Positions 37,930-47,695 of a stretch of DNA of 64,000 nucleotides are shown piece after piece. Below the pieces are notes generated by a model. That model was not told where the DNA came from and ran no database searches. It saw only the letters and a list, made by a program, of their open reading frames with translations. The position numbers were made by a program, and so were the translations under genes. The stretch comes from Candidatus Lustribacter sp. (GTDB lineage Bacteria; Vulcanimicrobiota; Vulcanimicrobiia; Vulcanimicrobiales; Vulcanimicrobiaceae). The stretch covers positions 3,200,001 to 3,264,000 of the forward strand of contig OZ255842.1 of the NCBI GenBank assembly GCA_965277805.1, read 5' to 3'. How positions within the stretch are numbered: position 1 is the stretch's first letter; the number at the start of each line of letters is the position of its first letter.

Positions 37930-38891
37930 GGCTTCGCTACGCTCGGATCGACGAGCTCGCGCGCCGGGAACGGATGCGCGATGAGTTTGTATTTTGCCGC
38001 GAGATCGATCAGCGGCTGAATCTCCGAGAGGTGCAGCACCGTCCCCAGTTCGGGGCGGTTCGCGTGCTCGATCGTCTCGAGCGTCTGGCCGGTGAACGCG
38101 GCGAGCATCGCGGCGGTTTCGGCATGATGCGCGTTCGTGTACGCGGTCGATTCGGCCACGGTGCGCGCGAAGGCTTGCACGAGATCGGGATGTTTGGCCG
38201 CCCAATCCGACGATGCGAACCAGCCCGAGTACGGAAATTCGGGCGCGACCGCGTCCATGGCGGGCGCAAGAATACGCACGTTGCCCGATGCGAGCGCGGT
38301 AGCCAGCGCCGTGTCGTTCATCAGCGCGGCGTCGACGCGGTGCAGTTCGATCGCCGCTTGCGCGGCGCTGATCGGGATCTCGACGAACTTCAGCGTGCGT
38401 GAATCGCCGCCGTGTTTGTCGACCCAGTTCGAGATGACGAGCGTCGAGAGCGAATCCAGCGCCGGCGTCGCGATCGTTTTGCCGTTGAGATCCTTGCCGC
38501 TGCTCGCCGTCGAGTCGTGCGCGACGACGAGTTCCGAAAACGGCGTCTTGCTGTAGTACGTGCCGGCCGGGGCCAGCAGCGTGAAGCCGACGCCGCGCAC
38601 GTGCGCGCTCATCAGCGTGACGAGGTTGGAAAGGCCGATATCGAACGAGCCGGCCAAGACGGCGGCGGCGATCGCGGCGCCGCTGCCGGCGCGCTCGATC
38701 TGCACGTCGATTCCGGCTTTGGCGAAGAGCCCGGCCTTTTGCGCGTAGAGGATCGGCGTCGCATCGTCGGTCGCGATGGTCTGGATGCGCACGGTTTGCA
38801 GCGGCGCCGCAGCCACGCGGGCCGGCACTGCGGTCAGCGCGACGAGAAGCGCGAGCAAAGCCGCGCTGAGGGAGTTGCCGGCACCGAACAT
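37926..38891 (-). CDS. ABC substrate-binding protein, SsuA/NMT1 family
   Basis: Signal peptide; GLFAKAGIDV, GKDLNGKTIA, HRVDAA. Confidence 0.85.
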   Translation of the reverse strand: MFGAGNSLSAALLALLVALTAVPARVAAAPLQTVRIQTIATDDATPILYAQKAGLFAKAGIDVQIERAGSGAAIAAAVLAGSFDIGLSNLVTLMSAHVRGVGFTLLAPAGTYYSKTPFSELVVAHDSTASSGKDLNGKTIATPALDSLSTLVISNWVDKHGGDSRTLKFVEIPISAAQAAIELHRVDAALMNDTALATALASGNVRILAPAMDAVAPEFPYSGWFASSDWAAKHPDLVQAFARTVAESTAYTNAHHAETAAMLAAFTGQTLETIEHANRPELGTVLHLSEIQPLIDLAAKYKLIAHPFPARELVDPSVAKP

Positions 38892-38904
38892 ACCGGCCCC
38901 TTTG

Positions 38905-40158
38905 TCACCGCGCCGGGCGGTACCCGTCGGTCAACGTTTGCAAGAAGGCGATGATGTCGAGTTCCTGCTGTGGGCTCAGCGCCGGCGCGGCCCCGGCTTT
39001 ACGGTCGAACGGGGCATCGGCGATGTCGAGATTAGCACGCGCGGACGGCGGCAGATCGTCGGGCGCACCGTGACGGTAGATGCGCTGCGGACGCGTGCTG
39101 CGGAAATCGTAGAAGTCGAGCACCGCTTGCAGCGTGTGATAGACGCCGTTGTGGAAGAACGTGTGACGCGTTGCGACGTTGCGCAAGGTCGGCGTCAGAA
39201 ACATTCCGCAGTACGGCGCAGCACGCTTCATGTCGGTGCGGATCGGACCGCAGATGCCGAGATCGAAGTAGCGTGGATTGCGGTTTGCGGCGAGCGTCAT
39301 GTTCCGCGGCGCACCGAGCGCTTCGAACTGATGGTCGGTGAAGAGCGGCGGCAATCCGTTCGCATCGGGGCGGTCGAGATGACAGGCGGCGCAATTCGCG
39401 CCGTTGGGATCGCGAAAAAGCGTATAGCCGCGCGCTTCTGCCGCCGAGAAGCGCGCCTTGCCCTCGAGCCACGCATCGTATTTGCTCGAGTACGGATGGA
39501 ACGACGGATCCTCGATTTGGTAGCGCGCGACGGCGAACAACGCCTCGCCCACGGCCATGCTGGCGCGATCGAAGATTCGCGGGCCGAACAGCTGCGCGAA
39601 GCGAGCCGCATACGGCGCGCGGCGCAGCTTTTCCGCGACGCGTCCGACGCTGCCGCCGTTCATCTCGAGGGGGTTGAGCACCGGCTCGAGCGCCTGGCTT
39701 TGCAGCGTGTTGACGCGGCCGTCCCAGAACAAGCCGCCCTGCGGCACGAGATTCTGTGCGCTCTGCGCCGTATTCTGCGCGCTCTTCACCGCAAGCGCCG
39801 GCGCGTTCGACGATAGCGGCGAGGGAGTGGCTTCGTTCTCCGCATCATCCGGACCGATGCTGAAGTTCGGCTGCCGTTCGAGATACATCAGCGACGGAAT
39901 GGCGCGCACGCCCGCCGGTACGGCCAAATCGGCGGGCGGACCGTACGCGTGCTGCGGGCTGTGACACGACGCGCACGACAGCGCGCCCGACGATGACAGC
40001 GTCGGATCGAAGAACACAAGCCGGCCCAATTGCGCCATCGCGGACAACGGCGCAACCTCCGGACGCATCAGGCGAACCGGGTGCGGATTGCCCCCGTCCG
40101 GACGCACCGCGCTCAGCGCAACGGCAACGACGCCCGCGAGGGCGAGCGTTCGCGTCAG
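38905..40158 (-). CDS. Di-haem cytochrome c peroxidase/MauG family protein
   Basis: LGRLVFFD, CASCH, FWDGR, CAACH, TPTLRNVA..FFHNG; start uncertain (CTG 40158 or GTG 40107). Confidence 0.85.
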   Translation of the reverse strand: MTRTLALAGVVAVALSAVRPDGGNPHPVRLMRPEVAPLSAMAQLGRLVFFDPTLSSSGALSCASCHSPQHAYGPPADLAVPAGVRAIPSLMYLERQPNFSIGPDDAENEATPSPLSSNAPALAVKSAQNTAQSAQNLVPQGGLFWDGRVNTLQSQALEPVLNPLEMNGGSVGRVAEKLRRAPYAARFAQLFGPRIFDRASMAVGEALFAVARYQIEDPSFHPYSSKYDAWLEGKARFSAAEARGYTLFRDPNGANCAACHLDRPDANGLPPLFTDHQFEALGAPRNMTLAANRNPRYFDLGICGPIRTDMKRAAPYCGMFLTPTLRNVATRHTFFHNGVYHTLQAVLDFYDFRSTRPQRIYRHGAPDDLPPSARANLDIADAPFDRKAGAAPALSPQQELDIIAFLQTLTDGYRPAR

Positions 40159-41789
40159 CGCGCGGCTACCGGAATTCCGGTTCGCGGGCTGAGCAAGAGC
40201 TTCGGCGTGCGTCCGCCGCTACGGAAGTCGAACATATCCATGATCGAACCTGCGCTCGCATCGAACGAACCCCCTCCGAGGCGCTCGCCCTTGAGCCAGT
40301 TGTCCTCGATGAAGCGCACGACCGACGCTTGCGAAATGCGCGCGTGGGAAACGGCGTTGCGTTTCGCCCAGGGCGAGATCACGAGAAACGGAATGCGCGT
40401 GCCGGGTCCGCAGCGGCCGTTCACCGGCTTGCCGTTCACCCCCGGCAGCGCGGGGCCCGATCCGCAGGTGCCCAGCCCGTCGAGTTGATCGGCCTGATCG
40501 TACGACGGGCTCGTCGCTTTTACGGACGCATGGTCGTACCAGCCGTCCGAATCATCCCAAGCCAGAATGATCGCGGTGTCTTTCCATTCCGGCCGTTGTT
40601 CGAGAAAGTTCACGAGCGTGACGATTGCCGTTTGCTCGTCGAGCGGATCGGAGTAGCCCGCGTGGCCATCTTGAAACGCGGGCGCTTTGAGGTATGAGAC
40701 GGCCGGAAAATTACCGGCCTTCACCGCGGCATAGAAATCGTTGAGGTCGTAGTTGTGGTTGGCCGGATCCTTCGTGCCGTCGGGATCGTTCGAGTGCCCG
40801 ATCGCTCGGACCGTCAGCGGACGCGCATGTGTCGAGTTGACCGTCGTCGGGTAGTAAGCGAACCAGTTGTGGTGCGGGATGTAATCCGTGACGAGCGCTG
40901 CAACGGTCGTGGAATAGGTCGCCCGCTTGCAGCCGGTCGTGCCGTTCGGATTCGATGCCGTAAGATCGAAGCCGGCCATGAAGCCGCCCCACGTAATGCC
41001 CGCGTCGTTGAGCAGATCGCCGATGTTCTTCCCAGCCATGAACACATCGTCGGTTTGACTCGAGCACGCATCGGAGGCGGGATCGACGTCGTTGATCATC
41101 GTCAAACCGCCTTGACCATCGTTGACGTAGTACGATGGTGCGGCAACGGTCGCAGGCTCTTTCGTCGTGTCGATGGCGAGCATGCCGTTGGTTTGGCCCG
41201 AGATCACGTTGAGTGCGCCGGGCGTCGAGGGACCGTAGACGTCGGTGTAGGCGTTATCGCTCATCGCATAATGCTGCGCGTATTCCCACAGCGCCATCAC
41301 CGTGTTGCCGTCGAAGTAGCCCATCACTTGACCGCGCGAACCGAACGCGCCCACGCCGCCGCTCGTGCCTTTGCCCGTATATTTCGGAAAGAGATCCGCC
41401 TTGCCGCCATCGGTCGCGAGCTGTTCCGCCGTGTACGCGTGGTTCTGATCGGCGGTGTTTGCCTGGGTCCGGTCGAGGCGGAACGGATTGGCAGCGTCGG
41501 CGCCGTTACCGGTATTCGTCAAATTAGGGTTGTAGCGCAAGAACTTCGCCATGGCTAAGTTGTTGACGGCCGGCGTCCCCGGTGCGGCGCGGAACACGGG
41601 CTCGTCGGGTGGATTGGCGGCCTTCGGATACGTCGCGAAGTAGTGATCGAACGAGACGTTCTCACCGTAGAGAACGACGAGGTGTTTGATCGGCGTCGCG
41701 GTCGAGGATCCCGATTGCGCCGCGAGCGGCACCGATCCCGCTGCGGCAAAAAATGAAAGAACAACGCACAATGCGACGACGCGCTTCAT
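40155..41789 (-). CDS. Secreted phosphoesterase (phospholipase C/AcpA family)
   Basis: PIKHLVV..GENVSFDHYF, GPSTPG, DGHAGYS, WDDSDGWYDH, GPGTRIP. Confidence 0.9.
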   Translation of the reverse strand: MKRVVALCVVLSFFAAAGSVPLAAQSGSSTATPIKHLVVLYGENVSFDHYFATYPKAANPPDEPVFRAAPGTPAVNNLAMAKFLRYNPNLTNTGNGADAANPFRLDRTQANTADQNHAYTAEQLATDGGKADLFPKYTGKGTSGGVGAFGSRGQVMGYFDGNTVMALWEYAQHYAMSDNAYTDVYGPSTPGALNVISGQTNGMLAIDTTKEPATVAAPSYYVNDGQGGLTMINDVDPASDACSSQTDDVFMAGKNIGDLLNDAGITWGGFMAGFDLTASNPNGTTGCKRATYSTTVAALVTDYIPHHNWFAYYPTTVNSTHARPLTVRAIGHSNDPDGTKDPANHNYDLNDFYAAVKAGNFPAVSYLKAPAFQDGHAGYSDPLDEQTAIVTLVNFLEQRPEWKDTAIILAWDDSDGWYDHASVKATSPSYDQADQLDGLGTCGSGPALPGVNGKPVNGRCGPGTRIPFLVISPWAKRNAVSHARISQASVVRFIEDNWLKGERLGGGSFDASAGSIMDMFDFRSGGRTPKLLLSPRTGIPVAAR

Positions 41790-41797
41790 CGCCTAGC

Positions 41798-41832
41798 AGC
41801 ATACCGCACGAGAGATTAAGGGAACACTAAGG
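41798..41832 (-). promoter_or_regulatory. Putative Pho-box-like activator site and -10
   Basis: Minus strand CCTTAGT-N4-CCTTAAT (11-bp period) upstream of TATGCT. Confidence 0.5.
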
Positions 41833-41936
41833 ACGCGGGCGGCACGCACGTATTGGTGAGGGGATTAGCAGGGCTTAATTTCGGGGTCGCATACTGCAGT
41901 TAATTCACTTCCCTTTACTGCACGTTCTTCGGGAGG

Positions 41937-43067
41937 TTGGTCTTGCGCAATCGTTTTCTTGCCGCAGGTCTGCTGTTGGCAATTGTTTCCGGGTGTGCCG
42001 GCGGCGGCATGAGCGCGAACACGGCGGTCCCGAGCGGCTCGGGCCTCACCACCGACGCGGCCGCGAGCGACGCGAGCACCGCAACGCGGCTTGCGACGCA
42101 GGCCATCGGCAGCAACGTCGTCGTCAATCCGGGCTTCGAAACGGGTTCGCTCTCGCCGTGGACGTCGTGCGGCAGCGTGAGCGGGCCCGCCGTCTCGACC
42201 GCCAAGGAGCACGCCGGCACGGACAGCGCGCTGATCGGTTCCACCAAGACGCCGGAAGTCAACGGCACGGCCGGTCTCTGCCAAACGGTTACGGTTCCGG
42301 CCGCAGCGACGCTGACGTTCTGGGTGTATGAAGGCACGACCGATACGATCACCTACGTCGATCAGGAAGCCGACATCCGCAGCACCAGCGGCAAGCAACT
42401 CACGCAATTGTATTCCGAAGCGAAATCGACCGGCGGCTGGGTGCAGAAAACGTTCAGCCTGAGTTCCTATGCCGGCCAAACCGTGGAACTGTATTTCGGC
42501 GTCAAGGGCAACGGCTATTCCAAGGACTACGTCTACGAGTATCTCGATGACGTCTCGCTGACCGGCACGAGCGCCTCGCCGACTCCGTCGCCGTCGCCGA
42601 CACCAAGCGGTGCGCCGACCTCGACGCCGGCCCCGACCCCAACGCCGAGCGCCGCGTTCGCGTGCAATAACACGCAGTTCCTCACCGATCAGAGCGAATT
42701 CGCCGCGGGCTCGATCTCGGCCGATCAACTCGTCGACATCTGCGGCAACGTAACGCAAGTGCTCGCGAAGAAGACCACCAGCAGCGGCACTCACGGCTAC
42801 TTCTACGTGCAGATGCCGTCCGGCTATCAGATCGAGATCGTCTCGAATCTCGACGCGATGGCCGAAGCCTCAACCGGCAAACCGCCCTCGACGTGGCCCT
42901 GGGTGGCCGTCGGCGACTACGTCTACGTTCAAGGCCGCTACTACTACGATAACTCTTCGAGCCAAGGCGTGGACTGGACCGAAGACGATACCGATAGCTC
43001 TTGGGAGCACACCGGCTACGTCGCGGTCTGCAACGCATCCGGTGGGGCCTGCTCGAAATACTGGTAG
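41937..43067 (+). CDS. Lipoprotein: CBM-like domain + Pro/Thr linker + DUF3465-like OB-fold
   Basis: GGGAGG RBS; lipobox VSGC; NPGFETG..PW; (SPTP)n linker; VGDYVYVQGRY..DWT. Confidence 0.7.
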   Translation: MVLRNRFLAAGLLLAIVSGCAGGGMSANTAVPSGSGLTTDAAASDASTATRLATQAIGSNVVVNPGFETGSLSPWTSCGSVSGPAVSTAKEHAGTDSALIGSTKTPEVNGTAGLCQTVTVPAAATLTFWVYEGTTDTITYVDQEADIRSTSGKQLTQLYSEAKSTGGWVQKTFSLSSYAGQTVELYFGVKGNGYSKDYVYEYLDDVSLTGTSASPTPSPSPTPSGAPTSTPAPTPTPSAAFACNNTQFLTDQSEFAAGSISADQLVDICGNVTQVLAKKTTSSGTHGYFYVQMPSGYQIEIVSNLDAMAEASTGKPPSTWPWVAVGDYVYVQGRYYYDNSSSQGVDWTEDDTDSSWEHTGYVAVCNASGGACSKYW

Positions 43068-43149
43068 GCAGCAGCAGCGACGGATGTCACATTCGTCGAT
43101 AGGCGTCCGTCCGCTCGCATGGCAGTGTTAGCAACATGAACTGCGTCGG

Positions 43150-44622
43150 ATGGGCACCTTGAAAAAAGTCGCACCCGGAGTCGGCCCGAAATTTCCCCAA
43201 GTCGTCGTGCTCTTCGGCGCTACCGGCGATCTCGCGCGGCGGAAGCTCTTGCCGGGGCTCTTCCACCTCTCGAGCGTCGGGTTCATCCCGGGTTGCCGCA
43301 TCATCGGCGTCTCTCTGGATGACCTCGACGTCGAGGCGTTTCGCACGTTCGCGCGCACGGCCGTCGATGATTTCGCGACGCGCAAGGTCGGCGATGGCGC
43401 GTGGGCCGAGTTCGCGCAGACACTCGACTACCTGCCGCTATCGGCCGGCCCCGATGCGCTCAAGGCCGCGGTCGAACGGGCCGAGGCGTCACTCGGCGGC
43501 GAGAGCCACCGGCTGCACTACCTCAGCGTTCCGCCGAACGCCGCGCTCTCGGCCGTGCGGATGCTCGGCGAAGCCGGACTCGTGGAACGCTCGCAGATCA
43601 TCATGGAGAAGCCGTTCGGCACGAACCTCGAAACCGCGGTCAAGCTCAACGCCAACCTGCACGAGGTCTTCGCCGAAGAGCAGATCTTCCGCATCGACCA
43701 TTTCCTCGGTAAGGAGCCCGCGCAGAACATCCTCGCGTTTCGCTTCGCTAACGGCCTCTTTGAGCCGATCTGGAATCGCAATTTCATCGATCACGTCCAA
43801 ATCGACGTGCCGGAAAAGCTCTCGCTCGACCATCGTGCAGCGTTCTACGAGCAGACCGGCGCGTTTCGCGACATGGTCGTCACGCATCTCTTGCAGATCG
43901 TAGCGTTCATGGCGATGGAACCGCCCACGTCGCTCGAACCCGGACCGATCAGCGAAGAGAAGAACAAAGTCTTCCGCTGCATGCTGCCGATCGATCCGAA
44001 GGATGTCGTGCGCGGCCAATATACGGGCTACCGGCACGAAGAAGGCGTCGACACCGAGTCGGACACCGAAACGTTCATCGCACTGAAGTGCATGATCGAT
44101 AACTGGCGCTGGGCCGGGGTGCCGTTCTTCCTGCGCACCGGGAAGCGCCTGGCGGAAGGCATGCGCATTATCTCGATCGCGTTTCGCGAACCGCCCAAGA
44201 GCATGTTCCCGGTGGGTTCCGGCGTCGGCGCGGAAGGCCCCGATCACCTCACGTTCGACCTCGCCGACGCATCGAAGATGTCGCTCTCGTTTTACGGCAA
44301 GCGGCCGGGGCCGGGCATGAAACTCGAAAAGCTGAGCTTACAGTTCGCGATGCACGAAACGGGCCTGATCGGCGACGTGCTCGAGGCCTACGAACGGCTG
44401 ATCCTCGATGCGATGCGCGGCGATCACACGCTCTTCACGACCGCGGAAGGCATCGAGCGACTGTGGGAAGTCTCGCGTCCGCTGCTGGAAGCGCCGCCGC
44501 CGGTGCGGCTCTATCCGCCCGGCTCGTGGGGACCGAAGTCGATCCACCAGCTCGTCGCGCCGCACGCGTGGCGTTTGCCGTTCGAACGCGCCTGGCGCGA
44601 TCCCAACGCCACCGGAGCCTAA
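43150..44622 (+). CDS. zwf: Glucose-6-phosphate 1-dehydrogenase
   Basis: [38 protein letters not shown]. Confidence 0.95.
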   Translation: MGTLKKVAPGVGPKFPQVVVLFGATGDLARRKLLPGLFHLSSVGFIPGCRIIGVSLDDLDVEAFRTFARTAVDDFATRKVGDGAWAEFAQTLDYLPLSAGPDALKAAVERAEASLGGESHRLHYLSVPPNAALSAVRMLGEAGLVERSQIIMEKPFGTNLETAVKLNANLHEVFAEEQIFRIDHFLGKEPAQNILAFRFANGLFEPIWNRNFIDHVQIDVPEKLSLDHRAAFYEQTGAFRDMVVTHLLQIVAFMAMEPPTSLEPGPISEEKNKVFRCMLPIDPKDVVRGQYTGYRHEEGVDTESDTETFIALKCMIDNWRWAGVPFFLRTGKRLAEGMRIISIAFREPPKSMFPVGSGVGAEGPDHLTFDLADASKMSLSFYGKRPGPGMKLEKLSLQFAMHETGLIGDVLEAYERLILDAMRGDHTLFTTAEGIERLWEVSRPLLEAPPPVRLYPPGSWGPKSIHQLVAPHAWRLPFERAWRDPNATGA

Positions 44623-45188
44623 CTCCCGAGCACGATCCGGAACGTGACCGTGACCGCGTCCTTCACGGTCACCGCGCCGCCCGCAACCCGGATCGGCGTG
44701 ATGCCGAAGGCGCTCTGAACGACCGTCGCCGATCCGCTGAAGTGCGTCGCGTCCGCGCGCACCGCTGCGAACGCGATCGGATGCGTTTGTCCGTGCAGCG
44801 TGAGATCGCCGTTCACGGTCCAATGTGCCGGATCGGTGGCCGTGATGCTCCTCGAACGGAACACGATCGTGCGGTACGTGCCGGCGTCGAGGACTTGCGG
44901 CCCGGTCATGTTGCTCTGCACGTCCGCCCGCCGGCTCGCCGATGACTTCGGATCGAGCACGCGCATTTGCGTCGCGTCGACGGTGAGGGTCACGGCTTTC
45001 TGCGCGTCGTCATAGGTGCCGGAGGCGATCGGCGCGTCGATGGCGTGATTGTCGGCGAACAGCGAAAACACGCCTTGCTTGGATACCGCCACGCTCATCG
45101 TCGAGTGCGCGACGTCGATCGGCACCGGATTGCCGAACGCCGGCGCCGCCGCAAAGATCAAGCCGATGACGATGAGGATTCGTTGCAT
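44619..45188 (-). CDS. Secreted YceI family protein
   Basis: Signal peptide; [26 protein letters not shown]. Confidence 0.85.
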   Translation of the reverse strand: MQRILIVIGLIFAAAPAFGNPVPIDVAHSTMSVAVSKQGVFSLFADNHAIDAPIASGTYDDAQKAVTLTVDATQMRVLDPKSSASRRADVQSNMTGPQVLDAGTYRTIVFRSRSITATDPAHWTVNGDLTLHGQTHPIAFAAVRADATHFSGSATVVQSAFGITPIRVAGGAVTVKDAVTVTFRIVLGS

Positions 45189-45286
45189 GACGTAACTACT
45201 AGCGCTCCGGCTTGAAGATTTCGTGAAACTCACGAAAATCTAACCAGCGCCCGGTTGCTTTTCCGATTTCGGGGTAAAGCGGCGCC

Positions 45287-46642
45287 GTGAAGTTACCTAC
45301 CAGAACCCTGGCTGGGAGCGCAGCGGCGCTTTCCTTCGGTTTGCTGCTGACGCTTGCAGCGAGCGCGCAAGTCGCGATCAGCATCAACGGCAACGGGGTC
45401 GATGTATCGCCGTCGCCGCTGATCCAAAACGGGCGCGTCTTCGTGCCGCTGCGCGGCGTGTTCGAGAACCTCGGCGCCCGGGTGAACTACGCCAACGGCC
45501 GGATCGATGCGACCGGCAACGGACGTGAGATCGCGCTCGAGATCGGATCGACGCAGGCGACGGTCAACGGACAATCGGAAACGATCGACGTTGCGCCGTT
45601 CATCGTCGGAGCGAGCACCTACGTTCCGCTGCGTTTCGTCTCGCAAGCGCTCGGTGCGGGGGTTCAGTGGGACAACACCGACCGTGTCGTCGAGATCAGC
45701 ATGGCCGGAGTGCAGCCCCAAGACCTCGCTGTTCCGAACGCGCAAGACGGCGACTGGGTCGATTCACCGCCGCCGGCGATTCCGGCGTACGAGCCGCCGC
45801 CCGCGCCGGCAGAAAATGATATTTGGGTGCCCGGCTACTGGGCGTGGGGCGAAGGCGGCTACTACTGGGTCGCCGGTACGTGGACGCAGCCGCCGCAGCC
45901 GGATTATCTATGGACGCCCGGCTATTGGTCCGCCAACAACAACAACGCCTACGTCTGGCATCAAGGCTATTGGGGTCCGACGGTCGGATTCTACGGCGGC
46001 ATCAATTACGGCGCCGGCTACTACGGCCGCGGCTACGTCGGCGGGCGCTGGTCGGGCAATCAGTTTCAATACAACACCGCCGTCACGCCTGTGAACCGCA
46101 ACGTGATTCACAACGTGTACGTCGATAAGACCGTCATCAACAACAACACCACCGTCAACAATCACACGAGTTACAATGGCGGCACGCACGGTGTGGCCGT
46201 CCAACCGACCGCAGCGGAAGCGACCGCAGCGCGCGCGCCGCATAAACCGATGACCCCGACGCAACAACAACACGCGCAAGTCGCCGGCCAAGATCGCCGC
46301 AACCTCGCAACCGTCAATGCCGGTAAACCCGCGGTCGTCGCCGCGCCGCATCCGTTCACGCACGCAGCGACACCGGCCGGCGCCGTTCCGGTCACCACGA
46401 ACGATCGCAGCGCAGGCGGGCAGCTCATCGCGCGTCCGGCGGTTCGTCCGCAACCCGCGGCGCCTGCTGCAGCACCCCCGCGCCCGGCCTTCGTTCGGCC
46501 GCAAGGTCAAGCACCGGCTCATCCCGCAGCCGTCGTGCCGCCGGCAGCCGCAACGCGTCCGGTGACGAGCATTCCGGTCTACGTGCATCACGCACCGGCC
46601 GCGGCCGTTGCGCGTCCCGAGCCTTCGGGCGCTCCGCGGTAG
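45287..46642 (+). CDS. Secreted stalk-domain (copper amine oxidase N-term-like) protein with YXWGXW repeats
   Basis: GRVFVPLR, TYVPLRFVSQALGA; repeated W.PGYW.W; Pro/Ala tail. Confidence 0.82.
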   Translation: MKLPTRTLAGSAAALSFGLLLTLAASAQVAISINGNGVDVSPSPLIQNGRVFVPLRGVFENLGARVNYANGRIDATGNGREIALEIGSTQATVNGQSETIDVAPFIVGASTYVPLRFVSQALGAGVQWDNTDRVVEISMAGVQPQDLAVPNAQDGDWVDSPPPAIPAYEPPPAPAENDIWVPGYWAWGEGGYYWVAGTWTQPPQPDYLWTPGYWSANNNNAYVWHQGYWGPTVGFYGGINYGAGYYGRGYVGGRWSGNQFQYNTAVTPVNRNVIHNVYVDKTVINNNTTVNNHTSYNGGTHGVAVQPTAAEATAARAPHKPMTPTQQQHAQVAGQDRRNLATVNAGKPAVVAAPHPFTHAATPAGAVPVTTNDRSAGGQLIARPAVRPQPAAPAAAPPRPAFVRPQGQAPAHPAAVVPPAAATRPVTSIPVYVHHAPAAAVARPEPSGAPR

Positions 46643-46645
46643 CGG

Positions 46646-47674
46646 TTACGCGCGCAGCGACGCTGCTCCGACGAGGGGCAGCGCGCTCGCGCGCATGATC
46701 GTTGCCAAATCGGCCGGCGAAGCCCCGCACACCGCGAGCTCGCCGGTCGTCGCTTTTCCCGGTGCATACGGGTAATCCGTGCCGAGCACGATGTGCGAGG
46801 GCGGGATCAATTTCAGCAGCCCGGCCATGCCGCTCGGCGACGACACGAACGCGGTGTCATAATAGAACTTCTTGAGTTCCGCTTCGACGCCGTTCGGAAA
46901 CAGACCGGCGTTCTTCGGCAGACGCTGATCGTTGTGAAAGCGGTCGATCACGTAGGGCATCAGGCCGCCGCCGTGCGAGAAGATGAACTTGATGTTCGGA
47001 AACTTCATCGACGTGCCGCTAAACACGAGGCTGCCGATCGTGCGCGTCGTGTCGGCCGCGAACTCGACCACCGTTTCGCTCATCACCGGCGCGACCGGAT
47101 TCACGCAGCACGCGGCGTCGGTCGGATGGCAGAACACGACCGCGTTGCGGCGGTTAAGCTCCGTCCACAACGGCGTGAGAAACGGATCGCCGAGATAGCG
47201 CTGGCCGTAGCTCGACCACACGCCCACGCCGTCGGCGTGCAACGTGTCGAGCGCGTAAGCGAGTTCGGTCATGCTGCCTTCGACATCGGGCAGCGGCAGC
47301 GCGGCATAGACGCCGAAGCGGCCCGGGTGCAGGCGCCGCAACTCCGCCATGTACTCGTTGCTCTCGCGGCAGAACTTGCGTGAGAACGCGACGTCGCCGA
47401 ACGTCATGCCGGGCCGCGCGGGCATCGAGAGCATGCCCAATTCGATCCCGGCCGCATCCATGTCGGCGAGACACGTTTCGGGCGTCCACGACGCGAGAAC
47501 GGGCGGAAACGGCTTCGTATACGCGCCCTTGATCTCGGCTGCGTAGCCCGGCGGGCTCACGTGCCGATGCACGTCGATGCTCCGCGGACCACCGCTCTGC
47601 CCAGCCGCGACCAGCGGCCCCGCGCACGCGGCGGCCGCAGTCAAACCAGCGAGAAACGCCCCTCTATTCACCAT
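46646..47674 (-). CDS. Amidohydrolase_2 family protein (6-methylsalicylate decarboxylase-like) with Tat-like leader
   Basis: DVHRH, FCHP, SHGGG, YYDTA, GTDYPY. Confidence 0.85.
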   Translation of the reverse strand: MVNRGAFLAGLTAAAACAGPLVAAGQSGGPRSIDVHRHVSPPGYAAEIKGAYTKPFPPVLASWTPETCLADMDAAGIELGMLSMPARPGMTFGDVAFSRKFCRESNEYMAELRRLHPGRFGVYAALPLPDVEGSMTELAYALDTLHADGVGVWSSYGQRYLGDPFLTPLWTELNRRNAVVFCHPTDAACCVNPVAPVMSETVVEFAADTTRTIGSLVFSGTSMKFPNIKFIFSHGGGLMPYVIDRFHNDQRLPKNAGLFPNGVEAELKKFYYDTAFVSSPSGMAGLLKLIPPSHIVLGTDYPYAPGKATTGELAVCGASPADLATIMRASALPLVGAASLRA

Positions 47675-47695
47675 CGCGGGGGCGTTCGGATTCGT

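Noticed and set aside
42575-42650. Short tandem repeats
   Set aside because: Encodes a Pro/Thr/Ser protein linker; not a CRISPR array or VNTR
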